Assembly (NCBI GenBank): GCA_944363715.1
Contig: CALVUX010000002.1
Span: forward strand, 22,157-86,156
Direction of reading: 5' to 3'
Length of the DNA stretch: 64,000 nt
Origin: an uncultured Bacilli bacterium
GTDB lineage: Bacteria > Bacillota_I > Bacilli_A > RF39 > UBA660
The notes beneath the pieces were generated by a model. It ran no database searches, was not told the origin of the DNA, and saw only the letters and a list, made by a program, of their open reading frames with translations. A program made the translations under genes and the position numbers. Below, in pieces: positions 35,423 through 43,820 of this stretch; within the stretch, counting starts at the first letter, position 1; each line of letters starts with the position of its first letter.

Positions 35423-35920
35423 GTGAACGCTGCAAATAGAAATTTAATATCAGGTGGAGGAATATGTGGTGCTATCTATAAAAAGGCAGGATATTCTAAT
35501 TTGAATGAAGTATGTAGAAAAATTAAAACACCATTAAAAGATGGTGATGCTGTACTTACTCCTGCGTTTGATATTAAGAATGCCAAATATATAATCCATG
35601 CTGTTGGTCCTAATTTTAGGTATACTCCTAATGCTTTTAATGAATTGTTTAATGCCTATTATAATTCATTATTATTAGTAAAAGATAATAATCTTCATAG
35701 TATTGCTTTTCCTTTAATTAGCGCAGGAATTCACGGAGGACATTTAGAAAATCCTGCTGCAGTATCAACAAAACAATGTATTATGGCTTATAACAAATTT
35801 GTTGAAAGCTTTCCAAGTTATAATATTCATCTAATATTATGTGCTTATACTAAAGAAGAATTTGATAGTGCAAATAAAATAAAAAGTAATGAAAAAATAT
35901 TAAAAGCAAAAAGTATCTAA
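35423..35920 (+). CDS. Macro domain protein (ADP-ribose binding/hydrolase); N-terminal strand cut off by an in-frame TAA
   Basis: VNAANRNLISGGGICGAIYKKAG, HAVGPNF, IAFPLISAGIHGG. An upstream in-frame GTG at 35363 (after GGAGG) gives NSIFEIKNCSFVE[TAA 35405-35407]NVDVIVNAAN. Confidence 0.65.
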   Translation: MNAANRNLISGGGICGAIYKKAGYSNLNEVCRKIKTPLKDGDAVLTPAFDIKNAKYIIHAVGPNFRYTPNAFNELFNAYYNSLLLVKDNNLHSIAFPLISAGIHGGHLENPAAVSTKQCIMAYNKFVESFPSYNIHLILCAYTKEEFDSANKIKSNEKILKAKSI

Positions 35921-36395
35921 TGAACAAAATAAACTATAATAAAATAACTATTGATGAATTTTTAAAACTTGATGAAAATAATTTAATGTTAGCCACGAAT
36001 CCTGGAAGAATGGGGGATGAGGATGGCTCATATTTTATTATGAAAGATAATGATAAGTTTGTAGCTTACAGAATAAGTGGCTGGATGTATGGACAAAAAG
36101 AGCCGGATTCTGTTTCATATGATATGATGTGTTCTCATTTCTCTAAATGGAAAGAAGCGTGGGAAAATGCTGCTAAAAAGACTATAATGGTAAATATAAG
36201 TTTGTATATATGGGGTTTGGTAATGGATTATGCATAGATAAAAGAATTTATGAAGATTTTAATAACCTTCTTGAACTTGTTGTATCTCAAAATTCCAGGT
36301 ATAAAAGTGAAGGGAAAATACCAGCTTTATACTATAATTCTTGGGAAAAAGCTTTATTATTATATATAAATGAAAAGAATATAGAACTTATATAA
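35920..36395 (+). pseudogene. Unknown ~158-aa protein split by a frameshift in an A5 run (36175-36179)
   Basis: ORF 35920-36237 and ORF 36210-36395 overlap. The second frame is open from 36177 and reads KDYNGKYKFVYMGFGNGLCIDKR, continuing naturally from ...KEAWENAAKK. Confidence 0.55.
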
Positions 36396-36407
36396 AGGTG
36401 ATAGGAA

Positions 36408-36722
36408 ATGAAATGTCCAATTTGTAACGAAAAATTAGTTCAAATAATATATGGTATGCCAACTAAAGAAGCATTTGAAAAAGCTGAAAAGAAAGAAATA
36501 TACTTAGGAGGTTGTGAAGTTTTTATAGGATTAGAACAGCCGATATATCACTGCTATAACTGTAATAATAACTTTTATAAGGATTTAGTAAATTATGAAA
36601 AAATAAATGATAGTAAGCAAGATAATATTGAATTACCATCTTTTATAAATGAAAATATTCAACTGAAAAATAACATAATAAAAATAATAATTATAGAAAA
36701 TACGGATAATATGGTACAATGA
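36408..36722 (+). CDS. Small zinc-ribbon protein
   Basis: MKCPICNE...HCYNCNN, two CxxC pairs. RBS AAAGGTGA. TGA stop. Confidence 0.55.
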   Translation: MKCPICNEKLVQIIYGMPTKEAFEKAEKKEIYLGGCEVFIGLEQPIYHCYNCNNNFYKDLVNYEKINDSKQDNIELPSFINENIQLKNNIIKIIIIENTDNMVQ

Positions 36723-36746
36723 TATAGAAATGTTAGGTGAAGTTAT

Positions 36747-37583
36747 ATGAGTGAAAAAGATTTAGATTCTAGTATGAATCCATATCAAGAAGAACAAAAA
36801 CCTAAAGGTTATATAAAACAGTTACAATGGGATATGGCGATAGGATTACAACAGGTAGATAATTTAAAACCATCTAAATATCTTGAACAGGTTAGTGAAA
36901 AAAATATTTTAGGTGAATTAACAATCAAAGAAGTAGAACAAAGTTTAAGAGAATATTACATCACAAAAGAAAAACAAAAAGATATTAATCATAATGAATT
37001 AGAATGTGACTTTGTATCTATGAGAATTGTAGAGTTACTAAATCAAGATAATTTCGAATTATCAGTAGATTATCTAAAGTATATTCATAAATATTTATTT
37101 CAAGATGTTTATGAATTTGCAGGAGAGTTTAGAAAAATAGATTTTTCTAAACATGAAAAAATATTAAATAATGATTCAGTTGCTTATGGAAACTGCAAAA
37201 CATTAAATGAATCATTAGAATATGATATTAGTTTAGAAAAAGAAAAGAATTATAAAGATATGTCCATTGTAGAAGTGATTAAAAATATTACTGATTTTAC
37301 ATCTAGTATATGGCAAGTACATCCCTTTAAAGAAGGTAACACAAGAACAACAGCAATATTTATAGAAAAATATTTAGCTAGTTTAGGATACAATGTAGAT
37401 AATTCATTATTTAAGGATAAATCAGTATATTTTAGAAATGCATTAGTTAGAAGTAATTATTTTAATAACTATTTAAATATAAAAGAAGATAAAACTTATT
37501 TAATTAAGTTTTATGAGAATCTACTACTGGGTAAAAATAATAATTTACATTCAGAAGATTTAATTGTGAAAGAATTGTTTTAG
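36747..37583 (+). CDS. Fic/DOC family protein with non-canonical active-site motif HPFKEGNTRTTA
   Basis: The Fic motif HxFx(D/E)GNGRxxR is present as HPFKEGNTRTTA at ~37321-37356; 278 aa. Confidence 0.8.
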   Translation: MSEKDLDSSMNPYQEEQKPKGYIKQLQWDMAIGLQQVDNLKPSKYLEQVSEKNILGELTIKEVEQSLREYYITKEKQKDINHNELECDFVSMRIVELLNQDNFELSVDYLKYIHKYLFQDVYEFAGEFRKIDFSKHEKILNNDSVAYGNCKTLNESLEYDISLEKEKNYKDMSIVEVIKNITDFTSSIWQVHPFKEGNTRTTAIFIEKYLASLGYNVDNSLFKDKSVYFRNALVRSNYFNNYLNIKEDKTYLIKFYENLLLGKNNNLHSEDLIVKELF

Positions 37584-37592
37584 GAGGATACT

Positions 37593-37910
37593 ATGCAAGA
37601 GTTAACAAAAAAAATTAAAGAGTTTAATGAAGAACGTGACTGGGATCAATTTCATAGTCCTGAAAATTTGGCAAAATCAATATCAATAGAAGCAGGAGAA
37701 TTATTGGAATGTTTTCAATGGAATTCTAATTATGATATTGAAGAAGTAAAATCCGAATTGGCAGATGTGATTAACTATGCATTATTGCTGGCTGATAAAT
37801 TAGGAGTAAATCCTGAGAAAATTGTTTTGGATAAAATGAAAATTACAGAAAAAAAATATCCAGTAGAAAAAGCTAAAGGAGTAAGTACAAAATATACAAA
37901 GTTAAAATAA
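37593..37910 (+). CDS. MazG-like nucleoside triphosphate pyrophosphohydrolase
   Basis: RDWDQFHSPENLAKSISIEAGELLECFQW...ELADVINYALLLADKLG, the all-alpha MazG EExxE...D signature; 105 aa. Confidence 0.8.
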   Translation: MQELTKKIKEFNEERDWDQFHSPENLAKSISIEAGELLECFQWNSNYDIEEVKSELADVINYALLLADKLGVNPEKIVLDKMKITEKKYPVEKAKGVSTKYTKLK

Positions 37911-37938
37911 GTTTTTAATATAGTAAGGAGTATGTAAA

Positions 37939-39816
37939 ATGTTAGTGTATGAGGGAATAAAATCAGGATTTATTAATGATGTCAACTTAAATCTTATTGT
38001 AAATAAAATTTATGAAAAATATCAAAAATATTTTGGAAGAACAAGTGATTCTCAATTAAACTCATGGAAAAATTCTATGCAATATATGCGAGGCATATTA
38101 GATGATAGTGAAATACCAGACAATGCAGGAGTAGCTATTGAATTTAATATTCCGACGACATCTAAAAGAATAGACTTTATTCTATCTGGTAGAGATAGAA
38201 ATAAAAAAGATTCTGTTATTATTATAGAATTAAAGCAATGGGAAAAATGTGATGCAGTAGAAGGAAAAGACGGAATTGTTTCTACTTTTACTGGGCATGC
38301 AATAAGAGAAGTTACACATCCGTCATATCAAGCTATGAGCTATGCTAATTTAATTAAAGACTTTAATGAAACAGTACAGTTAGAAGATATAGGCTTATAT
38401 CCTTGTGCTTTCCTACATAACTATGTATTAAGTGAAGATGATCCAATTTGCAGTAGTCAATATCAAGAATACATAAAAGAAGCTCCAATGTTTGGAGCAA
38501 ATGACTTCATGAAGTTGAGAAGCTTTATAAAAAGATATATTCTTGAGGGTGATGATAGAGAAACTTTATATAAAATTGAAAATGGAAAAATAAGACCATC
38601 CAAAAGACTACAAGACTCACTTACTAAAATGTTACAAGGCAATAAAGAGTTCAACATGATTGATGAACAAAAGGTAATCTATGAAGATGCTATTAGAATG
38701 GCCATAGATACTTTATCAGCAAATGATAAAAATGTATTGGTCGTACAAGGAGGACCAGGTACCGGAAAATCAGTTTTAGCAATTAATTTATTGGTTGAAC
38801 TTACTAACAGAAATATGACTTGTTTCTATGTAACTAAGAATGTAGCACCAAGGGCAGTCTTTAGGGATAAATTAAAAGGATCATTTAAAATGACATATAT
38901 TAATAATTTATTTCAAGGATCAGGACAGTTCACAGAAGCCGAGAGCAATGAAGTTGATTGTTTGATTGTAGATGAAGCACATAGATTAAATGCAAAATCT
39001 GGAATGTTCCAAAACTTAGGAGAAAATCAAATTAAAGAGATTATCAATGCTTCCAATTTTTCAATATTCTTTATTGATGAAGATCAAAAAGTTACACTAA
39101 AAGATATTGGCTCAGTAGATGAAATAAAGAAATATGCTAAAGAATTAAATGCAGGAATAAAAATTGTGGAGTTAGAAAGTCAATTTAGATGTAATGGATC
39201 CGATGGATATCTTGCTTGGTTAGACAATGTTTTAGATATAAGAAAAACTGCAAACTTCGATGGTATGGACTTTGACTATGATTTTAGAGTAGTAGATAAT
39301 CCTAATGAGTTAAGAAAATTAATAGAAGGAAAAAACAAAATCAATAATAAGTCAAGATTAGTTGCTGGATATTGTTGGGATTGGATTAGTAGTGGTAAAA
39401 ATGACTCTAATGTTCATGATATAGTTATTCCAGAATACAATTTTGAAATGAGTTGGAATTTAGGAAATTCACAAACATGGGCAATTGATCCTATGTCTGT
39501 AAATGAAGTGGGATGTATCCACACATGTCAAGGGTTAGAATTTGACTATGTAGGAGTAATAATAGGTGAGGATATTAGATATGAAAATGGAAAAATTATT
39601 ACAGATTATACAAAAAGAGCGAAAACAGACCAATCATTAAAAGGCATCAATAAAATTGCCAAAGAACAGGGTCAAGAAGTAGCAAATGAAATAGCAGATA
39701 AAATAATAAAAAATACATATAGAACTTTAATGACAAGGGGAATGAAAGGGTGCTATGTATATTGTATAGACAAAAAAATACAACAATATTTAAAAAATAA
39801 AATTAGAATAAATTAA
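37939..39816 (+). CDS. DUF2075-type (Schlafen group-3-like) SF1 helicase/ATPase with N-terminal PD-(D/E)XK-like module
   Basis: RIDFILSG...VIIIELKQWE (D...ExK), Walker A VVQGGPGTGKSVLA, Walker B CLIVDEAHRL, C-terminal IHTCQGLEFDYVGVIIG. Confidence 0.8.
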   Translation: MLVYEGIKSGFINDVNLNLIVNKIYEKYQKYFGRTSDSQLNSWKNSMQYMRGILDDSEIPDNAGVAIEFNIPTTSKRIDFILSGRDRNKKDSVIIIELKQWEKCDAVEGKDGIVSTFTGHAIREVTHPSYQAMSYANLIKDFNETVQLEDIGLYPCAFLHNYVLSEDDPICSSQYQEYIKEAPMFGANDFMKLRSFIKRYILEGDDRETLYKIENGKIRPSKRLQDSLTKMLQGNKEFNMIDEQKVIYEDAIRMAIDTLSANDKNVLVVQGGPGTGKSVLAINLLVELTNRNMTCFYVTKNVAPRAVFRDKLKGSFKMTYINNLFQGSGQFTEAESNEVDCLIVDEAHRLNAKSGMFQNLGENQIKEIINASNFSIFFIDEDQKVTLKDIGSVDEIKKYAKELNAGIKIVELESQFRCNGSDGYLAWLDNVLDIRKTANFDGMDFDYDFRVVDNPNELRKLIEGKNKINNKSRLVAGYCWDWISSGKNDSNVHDIVIPEYNFEMSWNLGNSQTWAIDPMSVNEVGCIHTCQGLEFDYVGVIIGEDIRYENGKIITDYTKRAKTDQSLKGINKIAKEQGQEVANEIADKIIKNTYRTLMTRGMKGCYVYCIDKKIQQYLKNKIRIN

Positions 39817-40045
39817 CATAACAAAAATTTGAGATTTTCTCCAACTAGATTAAATATACATTACACAATCGTGTTTCCTTGACAAAAAGGAAAGTTTATT
39901 TGAAGTACTCAATTGGACTGTGATATATAACTTTATTAAATATGATTTTATTGCCGTTACAATAAGAAAATAGCTTTTTTTGCAGATAAAGGAGGCAAGC
40001 TTTTACACGCTGTGAAGATATTGCAAAATTTATTAAATAATTAAA

Positions 40046-40074
40046 AAAGTAGTGAGATTCAAACTCACTACTTT
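40046..40074. terminator. Bidirectional terminator between convergent genes
   Basis: AAAGTAGTGAG / CTCACTACTTT stem with a 7-nt loop, an A-run upstream and T-rich sequence downstream. Confidence 0.6.
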
Positions 40075-40087
40075 ACTTTAATTTTTT

Positions 40088-40312
40088 CTATCCTCGTGGT
40101 GGATAGGGATCGTTACCATAGGAATTACTGCCTTGAATTTTTCCGTTTAATCCGTGAATAATAAGTTCGCTTTGTTGATTTTGTGCAATTCTCTTTCCTA
40201 CTTTAATAGCTTGTTCTTTTGTAGAAAGTATATAGCTAGGTTTAGAATTTCCGGCCCCTAATACATTCCATCCGCCGTTCGGATTATGAGTAATATGGTA
40301 ATTTTTACCCAT
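40088..40312 (-). CDS. DUF2188 family small protein
   Basis: MGKNYHITHNPNGGWNVLGAGNSKPS...TKEQAIKVGKRIA...LIIHGLNGKIQ...YGNDPYPPRG. ATG 40312 follows AAAGGAGGA. Confidence 0.7.
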   Translation of the reverse strand: MGKNYHITHNPNGGWNVLGAGNSKPSYILSTKEQAIKVGKRIAQNQQSELIIHGLNGKIQGSNSYGNDPYPPRG

Positions 40313-40501
40313 AAATATATATCCTCCTTTATCTGCCAAAACTAAAAATTGCTTTTTAGAAAAAGAATGTGATATAATTATGTTGCGGAGAATAACCATA
40401 TCACTTGGCTATTTTCTTTTTTTGTCTTAAGACAATACTATTTTAACATCAAGAGCGGAGCAAAGTCAATATAAAAAAGTTAAAAAAGTTTTCTAAAACA
40501 C

Positions 40502-40530
40502 TTTACTTTGTCCCAGAAAAACACTAAAAT
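40502..40530 (+). promoter_or_regulatory. Possible promoter of the ATPase-protease-AlbA_2 cassette
   Basis: TTTACT (40502-40507), 17-nt spacer, TAAAAT (40525-40530), 17 nt before ATG 40548. Confidence 0.3.
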
Positions 40531-40547
40531 AATAGTAGGTGATAAAT

Positions 40548-41588
40548 ATGAAAAAAATTGATGTTATTAACTTAATCAAATACTATTCAGAAAAGAATGA
40601 TTATGCTTTTAGAAATGAAGCATACAAAATTGCACATGATTTTGACAAAGAAGGAGATATACAACTTGCAGAATATATTATGGCCTTGTTATCAGATACT
40701 AATACATTTGTTCCGCAGTCTTATGATTATTTATCTACTTTTTTTGAAAAAGTAGAAATTACAAATTCTTCTTTACCATTGCCAGAAGTAATTAAAAATG
40801 ATATTTTGGGTATAATTAATGCAATTGGACATAATGTTGGTATTAATAAGTTTCTATTTGAGGGGCTACCGGGGACTGGAAAAACAGAAAGTGTAAAACA
40901 GATTGCAAGAATATTAAATAGAGAATTATATATATCTAACTTTGATGCAATTATTGATAGCAAATTAGGTCAAACTTCTAAAAATATTTCTAAAGCATTT
41001 AATGAAATTAATAAATTACCACACCCAGAAAAAATAATAATTTTATTTGATGAAATAGATGCATTAGCCATGGATAGAATGAATAATAATGATTTGCGAG
41101 AGATGGGGAGAGCTACTTCCACTTTGCTAAAAGAACTTGATAAGTTAAATGAAAATATTGTTTTAATTGCTACTACTAATCTATTTGAATCATTTGATAA
41201 GGCATTAATTAGAAGGTTTGATGCGGTAATTAATTTTAACAGATATAAAAAAGAGGATTTAATTGATGTGGCAGAATCCATTTTAAATGAATATTTGGAA
41301 AAAATAACATGGGCTGCCAAAGATATAAAATTATTTAGAAAAATAGTTGGTTTAATGAACCCATTGATTTACCCTGGAGATTTGAAAAACATAATTAAAA
41401 CTTCATTAGCATTCAGCAACCCATCCAATCAATATGATTATTTAATTAGATTATATGAAGCGATTACATCGAAAAAAATTAATGGTAATATTAAAATACT
41501 GCAAGAGCAGAAATTTACCGTTAGAGAAATAGAACATTTAACTGGAATTTCAAAAAGTCAAGTTTCTAGGGGGCTAAATAATGAATAA
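40548..41588 (+). CDS. Classical AAA ATPase with C-terminal helix-turn-helix (IetA-like)
   Basis: Walker A GLPGTGKTE (~40862-40888), Walker B IIILFDEIDAL, sensor-1 IATTN, Arg finger ALIRRFD. C-terminal FTVREIEHLTGISKSQVSRGL is HTH-like. Confidence 0.8.
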   Translation: MKKIDVINLIKYYSEKNDYAFRNEAYKIAHDFDKEGDIQLAEYIMALLSDTNTFVPQSYDYLSTFFEKVEITNSSLPLPEVIKNDILGIINAIGHNVGINKFLFEGLPGTGKTESVKQIARILNRELYISNFDAIIDSKLGQTSKNISKAFNEINKLPHPEKIIILFDEIDALAMDRMNNNDLREMGRATSTLLKELDKLNENIVLIATTNLFESFDKALIRRFDAVINFNRYKKEDLIDVAESILNEYLEKITWAAKDIKLFRKIVGLMNPLIYPGDLKNIIKTSLAFSNPSNQYDYLIRLYEAITSKKINGNIKILQEQKFTVREIEHLTGISKSQVSRGLNNE

Positions 41589-43818
41589 TTTGATACAATT
41601 AAAGGGTACATTAAATGAAAGGAAAAGTTTTAGCACTCCAGGTCGTTCAACCTTTTCTAAAGGACAATCAACAACATCTAAACATTTAGAATTTTTAAAG
41701 AATAACCTTGAAATGTTATATAGTAAATGGAGTGGAGATAGTAGAATTAATGGAGCATTAGTAAGTGTGTTTTATAATCGAACAGTACCTAAAAGCAAAA
41801 GAATTAAAACATTATTATCTAAAGGCTCTGAACCATCTAATTTATCAATTAAAGGAGCTAGATTTTCGAACGATGGACAAGAAAAACATATTATAACACA
41901 TTTTATAAGTTGTGATACTATTAAAATAAATATAAAAAAGCTAGATAAGTGTATTAAAGTGTTAAATACTTGCTTTAATGGAGAGATAGATAATAATAAG
42001 CTTAAAGAGGTAGACAAGTATAAGTCATTTATAGAAAACAATGAATTAACAATATCTACTTTTATAAATGTTGTGACAGATGCTTGTAACGTGGAAAAAT
42101 TTGATATATTAAATAATACTACAGGGGTTGATATTGACACTAACGATATAATCAGTTTATATGATATAGGAGTCCCGTTAGATGTGTTAATGGAACAATT
42201 GGGATTAACGGATGATGATTATGTAAAAATTTATGATAATAATTTTAGATTCAAAAATACATTTGCAATAAATAAGTTTAAAAAGCAAGTACCATATCTT
42301 ATTTCTATGTCTGTTGCTGATTTAGCACAATATGATTACAATAGTTTCTTTGGACCACAATTAACCTCCGAAATAATAACAATACCTAAACCAAATCAAG
42401 AACCAGTTGTCGGAGTTATAGATACTTTATTTGATGAAAATGTTTACTTTAAAGATTGGGTAAATTATAAAGATTTAGTTGATAAAGATCTCCCAAGAGA
42501 ATCTTGTGATTATGAGCATGGAACAGCAGTTACTTCTATAATAGTAGATGGACCGTCAATGAATCCACAATATGATGATGGATGTGGTCGCTTTCGTGTC
42601 AGACATTTCGGTGTGGCAATTCATGGAAAAAATAGTTCTTTAACAATAATGAGAAATATAGAAGAGATTATTAAGGAAAATCCGGATATTCATGTATGGA
42701 ATTTATCATTAGGTTCATCTTTAGAAATTAATGAGAATTTTATTTCACCAGAAGCAGCATTGTTAGATCGTTTACAAAGTGAGAATAATATTATATTTGT
42801 AATATCAGGAACAAATGATAAAAATGCTACAAAAAGTAAGAAAATTGGTGCGCCAGCCGATTCAATAAATGGTATTGTAGTAAATTCATTAGATTTTCAA
42901 GGTGAAATACCAAGCTATGCTAGAAAAGGTAAGGTTTTGTCTTTCTTTAATAAGCCGGATATATGCTATTTAGGTGGGGATGACAACAAAGGATTTGTTA
43001 CTTGCGTAGGAACGGGAGAAAAACCTGGAATTGGTACATCATTTGCAGCTCCGTGGATTGCTAGAAAAATGGCTTACTTAATTGATATTCTAGGATTGAC
43101 TAGAGAAACGGCAAAAGCTATCCTTATTGATTCTGCAACATCTTGGCAAAAGATTGATAATGATAAAACTGATTTCATTGGCTTTGGTCAAGTTCCAATT
43201 AATATTAATGATATTATACATTCTAAAGATGACGAAATTAAGTTCTATATTGAAGGAACATCAAATATGTATGATACCTATACCCATAATATACCAGTTC
43301 CTATTTATAAAGATAAATATCCATTTATTGCAAAAGCAACATTATGTTACTTTCCAAGATGTTCAAGAAATCAGGGAGTAGATTATACAAATACCGAATT
43401 GGATGTATATTTTGGGAGAATTGATAATAAAGGGAAAATTAAATCAATTAATGAAAATGCTCAATCCGAAGGAGAAACTACGGGAATCAAAGAACAGGAG
43501 GCTAGAAAAAATTATAGGAAATGGGATAACGTTAAACATATTACTCAAATATTAAAACCTAATATACGTCCTAAACAAAAATATGATAATACTATGTGGG
43601 GGCTAAGTATTAAATCTAAAGAACGATTAGAAAAAAGAGATGGTGAAGGAATAAAATTTGGCATAGTCATTACACTAAAAGAAATTAATGGAACTAATAG
43701 AATTTCAGAATTTATTAATCAATGTTCTTTGCGTGGATGGTTAGTAAATGAAATTAATGTAGAAAATAGAGTAGATATTTATAATGTTGCGCAAGAAGAA
43801 ATACAGTTTGAAAAGTAA
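41581..43818 (+). CDS. S8 subtilisin-family serine peptidase with unknown N- and C-terminal domains (IetS-like)
   Basis: Overlaps the ATPase gene by 8 nt (ATGAATAA). Triad: Asp281 VGVIDT (42421-42423), His313 HGTAVTS (42517-42519), Ser487 GTSFAAPW (43039-43041). Oxyanion Asn in WNLSLGS. No signal peptide. Confidence 0.85.
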   Translation: MNNLIQLKGTLNERKSFSTPGRSTFSKGQSTTSKHLEFLKNNLEMLYSKWSGDSRINGALVSVFYNRTVPKSKRIKTLLSKGSEPSNLSIKGARFSNDGQEKHIITHFISCDTIKINIKKLDKCIKVLNTCFNGEIDNNKLKEVDKYKSFIENNELTISTFINVVTDACNVEKFDILNNTTGVDIDTNDIISLYDIGVPLDVLMEQLGLTDDDYVKIYDNNFRFKNTFAINKFKKQVPYLISMSVADLAQYDYNSFFGPQLTSEIITIPKPNQEPVVGVIDTLFDENVYFKDWVNYKDLVDKDLPRESCDYEHGTAVTSIIVDGPSMNPQYDDGCGRFRVRHFGVAIHGKNSSLTIMRNIEEIIKENPDIHVWNLSLGSSLEINENFISPEAALLDRLQSENNIIFVISGTNDKNATKSKKIGAPADSINGIVVNSLDFQGEIPSYARKGKVLSFFNKPDICYLGGDDNKGFVTCVGTGEKPGIGTSFAAPWIARKMAYLIDILGLTRETAKAILIDSATSWQKIDNDKTDFIGFGQVPININDIIHSKDDEIKFYIEGTSNMYDTYTHNIPVPIYKDKYPFIAKATLCYFPRCSRNQGVDYTNTELDVYFGRIDNKGKIKSINENAQSEGETTGIKEQEARKNYRKWDNVKHITQILKPNIRPKQKYDNTMWGLSIKSKERLEKRDGEGIKFGIVITLKEINGTNRISEFINQCSLRGWLVNEINVENRVDIYNVAQEEIQFEK

Positions 43819-43820
43819 TC

